39,796 bases of DNA from Archaeoglobus sp. JdFR-37 (GTDB taxonomy: Archaea > Halobacteriota > Archaeoglobi > Archaeoglobales > Archaeoglobaceae), in NCBI GenBank assembly GCA_002010215.1, contig MTMY01000039.1:1-39796 (forward strand), given 5' to 3'. Of this stretch, positions 9,034 to 18,614 are shown piece by piece. Both the position numbers and the translations under genes were made by a program. The notes below the pieces were generated by a model. It saw nothing but the letters and a program-made list of their open reading frames with translations. It was not told the DNA's origin and ran no database searches. The stretch's first letter is position 1. Every line of letters starts with the position of its first letter.

Positions 9034-9950
9034 AAGGTAGAGTATTCCGAATCCAACGATTCTCGATCCATGACGGATATGGCATAAGGACTACTGTATT
9101 TCTGAAGGGATGTCCCCTGAGGTGCCTCTGGTGCCACAATCCGGAATCCCAGCGCTTCGATGTTGAGTTGGCTTACAAGGAAGAGAAGTGTACTGGATGT
9201 CTAAACTGCATTGAAGTGTGTAGCAGAAGAGCCATTTACTGGGATTATGGCAATGAGAGGCTGTCAATAGACTACAAACTCTGCAATGGCTGCAGAGAGT
9301 GTGTGGAAGTTTGCAGAAACAATGCTCTTTTTCTCTACGGCTATGATGCTGATGCAGAGGATGTGATCAGAGAGGTTGAAAAGGACTCAGTGTTTTACCG
9401 AAATTCAGGGGGTGGGGTGACCTTCTCCGGGGGGGAACCTTATCTTCAGCCAAATTTCCTTGTGAAGATGCTAAAGTTGTGCAAGGATAGAGGAATAAGT
9501 ACGGCTGTGGATACCTCCGGATACACTTCTTGGAAAAATATCGAAGAGAGCCTGGATTTCGTGGATTTCTTTCTTTATGATCTGAAGGATTATGATAATA
9601 AAAGGCACTTGAGGTTTACTGGAGTTGACAATCGGCTCATTATCAAAAACCTCCAAAAGCTCCTCAAAAGTGCAGAAGTTGTGATACGCATCCCTTTCAT
9701 CCCCTCATGCAATTTTCAGAGTGAAAAGGACTTTCATGGCTTTCTCAAACTGTTGCTGAAGCTGGATGCAGAGAGAGTAGATGTTTTGCCCTACCATTCT
9801 TTATCTAGGGATAAATACAGATGGCTTGGCAGAGATGATGAATTCTACCAAGTAGGGATTAAACCAGATAAAAATAGGCCTAATTACCATGATTTTGCTG
9901 ATGTGCTGAGGAGTGCAGGATTTAAGGTGAGTGTTGGAGGGTATTTCTGA
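9030..9950 (+). CDS. pflC: Glycyl-radical enzyme activating enzyme (radical SAM, with 2x[4Fe-4S] ferredoxin insert)
   Basis: HDGYGIRTTVFLKGCPLRCLWCHNPE, CTGCLNCIEVC / CNGCRECVEVC insert, GGVTFSGGEP, LPYH. Confidence 0.95.
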   Translation: MKGRVFRIQRFSIHDGYGIRTTVFLKGCPLRCLWCHNPESQRFDVELAYKEEKCTGCLNCIEVCSRRAIYWDYGNERLSIDYKLCNGCRECVEVCRNNALFLYGYDADAEDVIREVEKDSVFYRNSGGGVTFSGGEPYLQPNFLVKMLKLCKDRGISTAVDTSGYTSWKNIEESLDFVDFFLYDLKDYDNKRHLRFTGVDNRLIIKNLQKLLKSAEVVIRIPFIPSCNFQSEKDFHGFLKLLLKLDAERVDVLPYHSLSRDKYRWLGRDDEFYQVGIKPDKNRPNYHDFADVLRSAGFKVSVGGYF

Positions 9951-9974
9951 AGTGTTGGGTTAGCTTTCCTTCGT

Positions 9975-10502
9975 TCAACCCTCTATATATTCACTCAGCT
10001 TTTTATCGCCAGATGCATAGTTTCTGAGCATTTTTCTTATTTCATCTGGATCATCGCTTTCCAACCCGAAATATGAGGCAAAGTACTTGGTGGTGGTGAG
10101 ATAAGTTCCTCTACCTTTTCTTTCTGCCTTAACCAGCCCCATCTCTTCCAGCTTCTTAACCTGTTCGTAACATCTATTTCCTCTGATCTTTGCTAGCTTC
10201 GAGAGGGCTATGGGCTGCCTAAGAGCTATCACTGCCAGCGTCCTCAGGCTTCCCCTGTCTAGGTCCTTCTCCACCAGCTTCTTTACGACCTCGGCATATT
10301 CCGGCTTTACCCTCATGAGGTATCTGCTGTTGAGCTCAACTATTTCCAATGCTGTATCTCTGCTAGCATACTCATCCATAAGCTCCTGAATGGACTTTTC
10401 AACATCCTTACTGGACGCACCGCAAATTCTCGCAATTTTTGAGGCATTAACAGGTTCAGTTGCTGAAAAAAGAACAGCTTCAACAGCCTCTCTTAGCTTC
10501 AT
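9975..10502 (-). CDS. scpB: Segregation and condensation protein B (kite subunit)
   Basis: VEAVLF, LRTLAVIALRQPI...IRG, TTKYFASYFGL; downstream of scpA. Confidence 0.93.
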   Translation of the reverse strand: MKLREAVEAVLFSATEPVNASKIARICGASSKDVEKSIQELMDEYASRDTALEIVELNSRYLMRVKPEYAEVVKKLVEKDLDRGSLRTLAVIALRQPIALSKLAKIRGNRCYEQVKKLEEMGLVKAERKGRGTYLTTTKYFASYFGLESDDPDEIRKMLRNYASGDKKLSEYIEG

Positions 10503-10506
10503 AGTC

Positions 10507-11238
10507 TCACCGATTTAGCTCTATGTCAATTTCAATGTCGCTATCGAAAATTCTTTCCTGATTGATGGAGAGCTTTTTTCTGAAGGATAAATGCAGGATA
10601 GAGATGTAGTATGAAACCACCTCTCCGGTATTCTTTCCCCTGACCACTTGGCTGAAAAATACCGGCCTTCTCTTTGCCAGAATTGAGAGCAGTTCCGATT
10701 CTACTTTGATTATGGTCTCTTCGATGTCTTCCTCATGAGGAGTCTCCATTGTTCTGTCCGGCACTACCTCATCAGCCTGCCTTCTCTTCCTCCTTCTCCT
10801 CTTCTGAACCTCTTCAGCTCTTCTGAGCTCTTCGATTAAGTCTTTCAACGTGGTGTATCTTCTGGCTTTTCTCACAGGTGTTGAAAGCAGGGCTGCGAGT
10901 ATCTCATCCTCTACTTCATCGTAAGACGGTTCAGGTAGCTCCTGAGGGTAAGACTCGAAGTTATAGTCATGAAAGTCTAGAGATATGTCAAACCCAAAAT
11001 CATCAATTAGGAACTCCTCGTCAAGAACTTCCAAGTCGTCGCCACTTTCTTCGCTGTAGCTCACAGCTTCTGTAGCGAGCACATCGGCTTTCATCCTGAC
11101 AAGAATTGCAGCATACAGCAAAACTCTTCCAGAAACTCTCAAATCTAGCTTTTTGGCCTCTTCCAGCCTTTTCAAGAACTTGTCGGCAATCTCGACTACA
11201 TCAACGTTCCAGGGGTTCAGTTCCCCCTTCCTCACCAT
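10507..11238 (-). CDS. scpA: Segregation and condensation protein A (kleisin); true N-terminus probably extends upstream of 11238
   Basis: GELNPWNVDVVEIADKFL, SGRVLLYAAILVRMK, TLKDLIEEL, ISILHL...QERIF. A conserved-looking EDPIEILVE precedes the first ATG in frame. Confidence 0.92.
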   Translation of the reverse strand: MVRKGELNPWNVDVVEIADKFLKRLEEAKKLDLRVSGRVLLYAAILVRMKADVLATEAVSYSEESGDDLEVLDEEFLIDDFGFDISLDFHDYNFESYPQELPEPSYDEVEDEILAALLSTPVRKARRYTTLKDLIEELRRAEEVQKRRRRKRRQADEVVPDRTMETPHEEDIEETIIKVESELLSILAKRRPVFFSQVVRGKNTGEVVSYYISILHLSFRKKLSINQERIFDSDIEIDIELNR

Positions 11239-11264
11239 CTCTACGAGAATCTCAATCGGATCTT

Positions 11265-14200
11265 CTAAACTCTGGCTTTCAGCCTGATTCCCGTTACTGT
11301 GGATGTGTTATCCCTCCCCATAGTCACACCAATTATTCCATCGGCCATTTCCAGCATGGGCTTTCGTAGTGACACCACTATGAACTGGGCATCCCTTGAT
11401 CGCTCTTTGATCATTTTGGCCACCCTTCCCACATTAACTCCATCTAAGAACATGTCAACTTCATCGAATGCGTAGAATGGTGCTGGCTTATAGCGCTGAA
11501 TGGCGAATATCAGAGCTAAAGCCACAAGGCTCTTCTCACCACCGCTCATGGACTCTAACCTCTGAACCGGCTTCCGATAAGGCTTAACCCTTATATTGAG
11601 GCCGCTGTTAAAGGGATCCGAGGGATTGTCAAGATATAGCTCTCCTTCACCATCCGTGAGCTCTGCAATTATCTCTGAAAAGTTCTTTGAAACGGCATTG
11701 AAAGTTTCAAAGAAGGCATCCTTTTTCATCTGCTCGTACCTGTCTATTCTCTCCAATATCTCACTTCTCTCCCTTTCAAGGGTGATTCTCCTTTCAAGAA
11801 GGTCGTCTCTTCTAGCTCTCACTTCTTCATACTCTTGAATAGCTTTCATATTAACATCGCCAAAACTGGAAAGGGAAATCTCAACTTCTTCGAGCATCTT
11901 CACGACATCCTGATGGGGTGGCAAGTCATCTGGAACTTCTATCTCTCCAATCTCCTGCAACTCAGTCAGAATTTCAGAGAGAGATTCCCTCCTGGACTTT
12001 ATCTTCTCACTCAGGCTGAGCACTTCGAATTCCATTGCGTCTTTCTTCTTCTCCGCTTCCCTAAGTTTCTCTATAACATCGTCTCTCTTCTTTCTGAGTT
12101 CCTTTATTTCCACTCCCACTTCTTTCTCTTTCTCTTTAAGCTCCTTCATTCTGGAATAGAGGTTCTGGATAGCTTCTTCTCCGTCCTTTATCCCCTGGCT
12201 CAGTCTGGCAATTTCATCATCTATGTCTACAATTCTCTTCTCTCTCTCTTCTATGCTGGAATCAACTTGATTTTTCTTCAGCTCTAAATTCCCAATTTTA
12301 GCTTCGGCAGCAAGCAGACTCTCACGATATCTAGCGTGCTCCTCCTTGAGCTCCTCAAGCTTTTTAGTCATTTCAGGTATTTTGCTTCCCTTTAGCTCTT
12401 TCTCTATATTCTGTATCTCGTTGCTTACCGTACTGATGCGAGAATCAAACTCCGATATTTTGGCCTCATAGTTGCTGAGTCCTGCATAGATTCTCTCCCT
12501 TTCCTCAGTCTTCTCCTTAATTCGTTCATCTATGTCGCTCAGTCTCCTCTTTATCTCACTAATTCTTGCTTCAATTGCTGAAATTTCTCTTGCAATACTA
12601 TCTGTCTTTTCTTTCTGGGTGTTGACCTTGGATGAAACCTCTCTTTTCAAATCTTCAACCTTCTTTATCTCACCTAGCATTGACGCCTTTTCGCTCTTCA
12701 AAACAGTTATTTCCTCGTTTATTTTCTTCTCTTTTTCAATCAACTCTCTGGAAACCAGCAAACCATGCTTTCTCTCTATACTTCCTCCAGTCATTGCTCC
12801 ACTTCTTTCTATGAGGTCCCCGTCCAGCGTCACTATTCTGCGTCCGTCCATTATCTTTTTTGCGTTCTCCAAGTTGTCAACAACAAGAGTGTCTCTCAAA
12901 ATGAAATTGAAAACTGCTCTGAATTTTTTATCAAACCTAATCAAGTTAACAGCATAATCGATAACGCCTAGCTTGGAGAGAACATCTTTGTTGAGTTCCA
13001 GTTTTTCGAAATTCTTCTTTATTTTGTTGAGAGGGAGGAATGTGGCTCTGCCGCCTCTTATTTGCTTGAGGTAATTTATTGCCCTTATTGCATCCTCTTC
13101 AGTCTCTACCACTATGTACTGTAACGCATTTCCGGCTGCTACCTCAATGGCTAGGGCATACTGCGAATCAACCTCTCCCAGCTGTGCCACAGTACCGTAA
13201 ATCCCGGGAAGAGCCTTTCTATCTCTTGCCTCCATCACCAACTCCACAGCTCTAGAAAAGCCTGACTGAATGGTGGAGAGCTCAGCTCTAATTTTGGCAA
13301 GTTCAACTTCTCTCTGCTTTATTTCTTCTTCAAGGTCAGCAAGTCTTGAGCGGAGGCTGAAAAGCCTGTCATCATACGCTCTTACTTCCCTCTCCAAATT
13401 CTGGATCTCCTTCTTTGCATTTTCCAACTCTCTTGCCTTATCCATACTTTCTCTGAGCAACTGGTTAATGGTCTCTTCGTCTCTCCTCTTTTCTTCATTG
13501 AGGGAGTCAATCTCAAGCCCTATTCTCCTGATAGCTTCAAGAAGCCTGTCTCTCTCCCTGACAACTAAGCTCTTCTCCTCTTTCAGCTTTTCAAGTTCTT
13601 CTCTCTTGGATAGTAGTTCGTCTCTCAACTTTCCGTACTGCTCACCCATCTCTTCGATTTTCAGCTTGAGCAATTCTATCTTTGACTCTAGCTCTGAAAC
13701 AACTTCTTCGAGACTCATCTTTTGAAGAGCTGCTTTCTCGATATCCTCAAGAACAGTATTTCTGTCCTCTTTCAGCTTTGACAACTCCACAAGAACTCCT
13801 GTTTTTTCAGACTCTAGTTTTTTGATTTCAGAAGCAAAAATCTCAATCTCCTTTTTCTTTGCTTCAATCTCTCCATTTATCTGAACAAGTTCCTCTTGGA
13901 TTCTTTTGAAGTCTTCATCACCTTTCTCAACAATCTCTTTCGAGATTTCTTCCGCTTCTCTTTTTAATTCGTCAATTTGAATGGAGAGCTGAGAAGTTTG
14001 GCTTATCAGCCTGTCCTTTTCTATTTCAAGTTTTTGAATTTCATTTTCAACCCGCTGCTTCTTTCTAGAGAGCTCGAGGTATTTGTGGGCGGTTAAATAG
14101 CTTAGTAACCTCTCCTTCTCGTTTACAAGAGACTTGTATCTCAAAGCTTCCTCTCTATCCTTATCGAGTTGAGAAAGCCTAACGTTAACTTCTGTAAGAA

Positions 14201-14786
14201 CCGTATTTATCAATTCTATGTTCTCTCTAACCCTCTCAAGCTCTTCTAGAGCTCTCTCTTTCTTCTCATCAAAATCCGAGATGCCAGCTATGTCATCTAT
14301 AATCTTTCTCCTCTGGAGAGGAGTCATTTCAGTAATTCTTGTCACATCTCCCTGCATTATCACATTGTATGCATCACTGTGAATTCCAGCTTGTTCGAGT
14401 ATGCGTTGTATCTCGGAAAGGTTTACAGATTTTCCGTTGAGGTAGTAGTAACTGTAGTAGCCTTTTTCAGTCACCCTTATTTTTCTGGTAACTCGTATCT
14501 CTTCCTCGTCGATATCTATTCTTCCATCACTGTTGTCGAAAATTATTGTGACTTCAGCTTCTCCAACCTGCCTCCCATTACCTGAATGAACAAGATCAGT
14601 CAGCTTCTCAGCCCTTAAAACCCTAGATGAAGATGATAGACCCAAACAGAAAAGAATTGAATCTATTATGTTAGATTTTCCACTGCCATTTGGGCCGCTG
14701 ATAACAATAAATCCTTTTTCAAAGGGGATCTCAACTTTTTTGCCGAAAGATTTGAAATTTTTGAGGATTATTCTCTTAATATGCAT
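11265..14786 (-). CDS. smc: Chromosome partition protein Smc
   Basis: NFKSF, Walker A GPNGSGKS, Q-loop MQGD, hinge GRATFLPL / GAMTGG, signature MSGGEK, Walker B FDEVD, long coiled coils. Confidence 0.98.
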   Translation of the reverse strand: MHIKRIILKNFKSFGKKVEIPFEKGFIVISGPNGSGKSNIIDSILFCLGLSSSSRVLRAEKLTDLVHSGNGRQVGEAEVTIIFDNSDGRIDIDEEEIRVTRKIRVTEKGYYSYYYLNGKSVNLSEIQRILEQAGIHSDAYNVIMQGDVTRITEMTPLQRRKIIDDIAGISDFDEKKERALEELERVRENIELINTVLTEVNVRLSQLDKDREEALRYKSLVNEKERLLSYLTAHKYLELSRKKQRVENEIQKLEIEKDRLISQTSQLSIQIDELKREAEEISKEIVEKGDEDFKRIQEELVQINGEIEAKKKEIEIFASEIKKLESEKTGVLVELSKLKEDRNTVLEDIEKAALQKMSLEEVVSELESKIELLKLKIEEMGEQYGKLRDELLSKREELEKLKEEKSLVVRERDRLLEAIRRIGLEIDSLNEEKRRDEETINQLLRESMDKARELENAKKEIQNLEREVRAYDDRLFSLRSRLADLEEEIKQREVELAKIRAELSTIQSGFSRAVELVMEARDRKALPGIYGTVAQLGEVDSQYALAIEVAAGNALQYIVVETEEDAIRAINYLKQIRGGRATFLPLNKIKKNFEKLELNKDVLSKLGVIDYAVNLIRFDKKFRAVFNFILRDTLVVDNLENAKKIMDGRRIVTLDGDLIERSGAMTGGSIERKHGLLVSRELIEKEKKINEEITVLKSEKASMLGEIKKVEDLKREVSSKVNTQKEKTDSIAREISAIEARISEIKRRLSDIDERIKEKTEERERIYAGLSNYEAKISEFDSRISTVSNEIQNIEKELKGSKIPEMTKKLEELKEEHARYRESLLAAEAKIGNLELKKNQVDSSIEEREKRIVDIDDEIARLSQGIKDGEEAIQNLYSRMKELKEKEKEVGVEIKELRKKRDDVIEKLREAEKKKDAMEFEVLSLSEKIKSRRESLSEILTELQEIGEIEVPDDLPPHQDVVKMLEEVEISLSSFGDVNMKAIQEYEEVRARRDDLLERRITLERERSEILERIDRYEQMKKDAFFETFNAVSKNFSEIIAELTDGEGELYLDNPSDPFNSGLNIRVKPYRKPVQRLESMSGGEKSLVALALIFAIQRYKPAPFYAFDEVDMFLDGVNVGRVAKMIKERSRDAQFIVVSLRKPMLEMADGIIGVTMGRDNTSTVTGIRLKARV

Positions 14787-14789
14787 GGC

Positions 14790-15191
14790 TTAGTCGCAGA
14801 ATATGATGTCTCCGTCCTCCTCACAATATTTCGGCCCATCATATTTTGATTCGGCGACGATGACATCCTCTTTTCTTGGATTTTCAGGCTCTTTTTTCTC
14901 TTCTTCAGCTTTCATGATATCTATAATCTCTCTTTCAGATCTTTCATCCTTTCTGACTTCTGATTTCAGGTAAAGAACCTCGTTCATAAGTGTATCAACG
15001 GCTTTAGAGAGCTCAACGACCTTAGCCTCCACATCCCTGACTTTCCTGAGTTCTTCAGTTATTTCCTCTATGATCTGTCTCTTAAGTTTTTCAATCTCTC
15101 CTCCAAGCATTTTTCTCAACTCCTGAACCTCTCTCTCCTTCTCAAAAAGTTTCCTTTCCAGTCTTTCCAAAAGAATGTCTCTATCAGACAT
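14790..15191 (-). CDS. Hypothetical coiled-coil protein with acidic C-terminal tail, first gene of the smc operon
   Basis: Heptad-rich N-terminal ~80 aa; tail motifs EDVIVAE and GDIIFCD; stop 3 nt before the smc ATG. Confidence 0.75.
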   Translation of the reverse strand: MSDRDILLERLERKLFEKEREVQELRKMLGGEIEKLKRQIIEEITEELRKVRDVEAKVVELSKAVDTLMNEVLYLKSEVRKDERSEREIIDIMKAEEEKKEPENPRKEDVIVAESKYDGPKYCEEDGDIIFCD

Positions 15192-15270
15192 TTCATAAAA
15201 ATGATATTAAAAGGTATTAATATACCTTTCGCCCCTATTCAAAAATTTGGGTGATGAAGGAAATCGAATC

Positions 15271-16587
15271 TCATGGTACGAGTCTCTGTCTGTCCCTTGG
15301 GAATATAACAGCCTCCCTGATGTTGGACAAGCCCAACATAGACATCACGAACCTTTCCATACCAAGACCCCAGCCAGCATGGGGTGGCATGCCGTAGCGG
15401 AATGCTTCCAGATAGAAGCCAAAACTCTCCGAAGAAAGGCCTTTACTCTCTATGCTTTTCACAAGCTCGCTGAACAGATGTATTCGCTGTGCCCCACTCG
15501 CCAACTCAAGCCATCCGTGCATCAGATCAAAGGACTTGCTGATTTCAGGTTCTTCCTCGTAGGGCATGGCATAGAAGGGCTTGCTCTCGGTTGGCCAGTC
15601 TACTATGAAATAGAATCCGCCCAGCTCCTCTCCTAAGACTCTCAACGCAGGTGTTGGTAGGTCTTCACCCCAAGGAATCTCCTCACCCTTCCTCTTCAGA
15701 ATTTGAAGGGCCTCATCGTAGGTAATTCTTGGGAATGGCGTTTCGGGAACCTCTATGCTTGCCCCAACCCATTCCAGATATCTCTCTCCCTTGTCAACAA
15801 CGTTTTCGTAGGCTTTGACCACCATTTTTTCAAGTACATCCATTACTCCGTTGTGGTCCATGAAGCTTGCTTCGATATCAACGCTTGTGGCTTCGTTGAG
15901 GTGTCTGATCGTGTTATGCTCCTCAGCCCTGAAAATTGGTCCGATTTCGAAGACTTTTTCTAGGCCAGAAGCCATGAGAACCTGCTTGTATAACTGGGGA
16001 CTCTGATTCAGGAAAGCCTCTTTTTCAAAGTAAGAGAGGGGAAAGAGCTCTGTACCACCTTCGGTTGCTGTGGAAACAATCTTTGGAGTTGCAACCTCTA
16101 TAAAGCCCTCGTCAGTGAGGAAATCTCTGAAAGATTTGGTGATGATGTGTCTAATTCTGAAAATTCCCTGAATTTTGGGTTTTCTCAGGTCAAGGTAGCG
16201 GTGGTCTAAGCGAGTATCAAGCTCTGCCGGAACTTTTTCTGCTACATCTAGAGGTAACGGAGCATCGGCTTCATTGATGACCTCAAAGCTGCTCGGGATT
16301 ATTTCATATCCATTTGGAGCTTTTTCCTCAGCCTTCACTTGTCCCCTAACCTTTATTACGCTCTCTCTTCTTACTTTTCTGGCCTTCTTGAACACATCGG
16401 GATTAACAACCTTCTTCGGCAGGGTTATCTGGGCAAAACCTTCTCTATCCCGAAGAATAACGAAGACTATTCCTCCAAGATCCCTGACTTCATGAACCCA
16501 GCCATAAAGGGTAACCTCTCTTCCGAAATCTTCTTCGCCTATTTCAGCGGTGTATTTTCTCACTTCACCCATTCTCGTTTCTGTCAT
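15271..16587 (-). CDS. aspS: Aspartyl-tRNA synthetase, archaeal type, probably non-discriminating (Asp/Asn)
   Basis: GWVHEVRDLGG, ATEGGTELF, QSPQLYKQ, FRAEE, GAQRIH, GMPPHAGWGLG.ER. His and Pro (KAPNG) occupy the positions associated with the non-discriminating type. Confidence 0.97.
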   Translation of the reverse strand: MTETRMGEVRKYTAEIGEEDFGREVTLYGWVHEVRDLGGIVFVILRDREGFAQITLPKKVVNPDVFKKARKVRRESVIKVRGQVKAEEKAPNGYEIIPSSFEVINEADAPLPLDVAEKVPAELDTRLDHRYLDLRKPKIQGIFRIRHIITKSFRDFLTDEGFIEVATPKIVSTATEGGTELFPLSYFEKEAFLNQSPQLYKQVLMASGLEKVFEIGPIFRAEEHNTIRHLNEATSVDIEASFMDHNGVMDVLEKMVVKAYENVVDKGERYLEWVGASIEVPETPFPRITYDEALQILKRKGEEIPWGEDLPTPALRVLGEELGGFYFIVDWPTESKPFYAMPYEEEPEISKSFDLMHGWLELASGAQRIHLFSELVKSIESKGLSSESFGFYLEAFRYGMPPHAGWGLGMERFVMSMLGLSNIREAVIFPRDRQRLVP

Positions 16588-17807
16588 TTTAGCCTCTCCT
16601 CCACAGATTTTTTATGGAAAAGCATCCCTTCTGATTCTGCCAGCTTTATTACGGCTTCTCCAATCCTCTTCAACCCTTCAGGGGATATAATCTGATAGGT
16701 TATGTGTTTCAGGAACGTTTCAACGCTTACTCCGCCAAAATTCCTAGCAAAGCCAGAGGTTGGAAGGATGTGGTTCGTGCCTGAAGCGTAATCTCCTGCT
16801 GCAACAGGGCTGTATTCACCAATAAAAACACTTCCGGCATGTCTGACTTTGTTAAGCAACATTTCTCCACCTTCACACATTATCACCAAGTGCTCAGGCG
16901 CAATCGAATTTGAAATTTCGACTGCTCTCTCAACACTCTCCACAATTGCTATTCTCAGATTCTTTAGATCTAACCACGCACCTTCCCTTCTGGCTATTGA
17001 TTCAACTTCTTCACCCAGCTTTCTTGATGTGGTCAAGACTATTGCCATTGCTAGGGGATCGTGTTCGAGTTGCGCCAGCGCATCAAAAGCAACAAATCTC
17101 GGATTTGCCGTTTCATCTGCAATTATAAGGACTTCTGATGGTCCTGCTGGCATATCAATGGGCACATCTTTCTGCACCACAAGCTTTGCTGCAGTGACAT
17201 ACGCATTGCCGGGGCCCGCTATTTTATCTACTTTGGCAACGCTCTCTGTTCCGTAAGCCAGAGCTGCGATGGCCTGGGCACCACCTACGCAGTAAATTTC
17301 ATCGGCCCCAGCAATATCACATGCAACCAGCGTGAGCGGCTTTACTTTGCCATCTCTGTCAGGAGGTGTGCAGACGGCAATCCTCTCCACACCTGCCAGC
17401 GAGGCTGGAATTATTCCCATCAGAGCTGTTGAGGGGTAGCTGGCCCTCCCTCCGGGAACATATATACCAGCAGACTCAAGTGGAACGTATTTCTTTCCTA
17501 GAATAACATCATCAAAATCGATCCTCATGTCCCTCTCAACGCTTGTAACGTAATGGAACCGCTCGATGTTCTCTCTGGCAACCTCTAGAGCATCTATGAG
17601 CTCATCATCCACCTGATCGTAGGCCTCATCCACTACATCCTCTGGAACCCGTATGTAACTGAGGTCAACATCGTCAAAGCGTTTTGTGAAGTCAATAAGT
17701 GCCTCATCACCTCTTTCTTTCACATCATTGATTATTGGCTGTACCTTTTCCATGAAAGGAGTTAGATCAAGTTTTGCTGATTTCAGATCTGAAGGGTCAA
17801 CGATCAT
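16584..17807 (-). CDS. hisD: Histidinol dehydrogenase
   Basis: GIYVPGG, GGAQAIAALAYGT, GPGNAYV, AGPSE, AQLEH, APEHL, GDYASGTNHILPT. Confidence 0.97.
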   Translation of the reverse strand: MIVDPSDLKSAKLDLTPFMEKVQPIINDVKERGDEALIDFTKRFDDVDLSYIRVPEDVVDEAYDQVDDELIDALEVARENIERFHYVTSVERDMRIDFDDVILGKKYVPLESAGIYVPGGRASYPSTALMGIIPASLAGVERIAVCTPPDRDGKVKPLTLVACDIAGADEIYCVGGAQAIAALAYGTESVAKVDKIAGPGNAYVTAAKLVVQKDVPIDMPAGPSEVLIIADETANPRFVAFDALAQLEHDPLAMAIVLTTSRKLGEEVESIARREGAWLDLKNLRIAIVESVERAVEISNSIAPEHLVIMCEGGEMLLNKVRHAGSVFIGEYSPVAAGDYASGTNHILPTSGFARNFGGVSVETFLKHITYQIISPEGLKRIGEAVIKLAESEGMLFHKKSVEERLK

Positions 17808-18556
17808 AGGACTTCCTCCGCTTTTTTAGTCAGGTACTTGCATATCTCTTTTATCGCTTCGCTGAGAATTGCTCGGTTATCGTAGCTTTCAACAATCTTG
17901 CGAAGTTCAGACTCATCCATTTTCCCCATCTCTTTTGCAAACTCAATCATGTTGGGAATGGCTCTGGTTATGTTGTCCACGATACTTATATCTGCCATGA
18001 GTGATGTTCTGGATAAAGGATTGAGATCAATAGATATTACTTTCTTACCGTGTTTTTTCAGAATCTCACACCTGTCACCATCTTCTAGCGGGACAAGGAC
18101 GGTGTCGGCAATATATATTCCCCTGCTATCAACTATTCTCCTTGCCGATTCCAGCCCCTCAAGCTCTGCATCGCATGCTGCCAGCACGTTATCGGTATAC
18201 TGCGTAAGGTGATTCTTTATTTTCTCAACTCTTTCAGGCTTAAAGTGGAAAATGTTTACCTCAAGAGGTGCGTCAATCACCTCCCCCAACTCAGCAAGCT
18301 CCTTGGCAGCGAGAATGGCAGCATTACCGTTAACGGATATTACGGGATGTTTAGAGATGAGCATTAGGGCAACTGCCACTCTTTCAGCTTTCAGAGCAAA
18401 TTCATTACTCCTTTCACCCATTATGTAATCGAAAGCCTCTCCCCTGCCATGAGCTATGAGCCCTTCGGGGGCAACTATTCCTGCTTTTATGCCCTCGACG
18501 ATCTTTTCCCTTGTCATCAGAGATTGATAGCGTGGGTGGCTCTCTGGAATTTTCAT
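17804..18556 (-). CDS. 4-phosphopantoate--beta-alanine ligase (archaeal phosphopantothenate synthetase)
   Basis: IPESHPRYQSL, GLIAHGRGEAFDY, ISVNGN, VPLEDGDR, IDLNPLSRT. Start moved to ATG 18556. Confidence 0.92.
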   Translation of the reverse strand: MKIPESHPRYQSLMTREKIVEGIKAGIVAPEGLIAHGRGEAFDYIMGERSNEFALKAERVAVALMLISKHPVISVNGNAAILAAKELAELGEVIDAPLEVNIFHFKPERVEKIKNHLTQYTDNVLAACDAELEGLESARRIVDSRGIYIADTVLVPLEDGDRCEILKKHGKKVISIDLNPLSRTSLMADISIVDNITRAIPNMIEFAKEMGKMDESELRKIVESYDNRAILSEAIKEICKYLTKKAEEVL

Positions 18557-18614
18557 GAAAGGCTGCATGGCTTGCTGGATTAAAAGCCTTATTGTGCGAA
18601 ACAATTTGAGTTCT

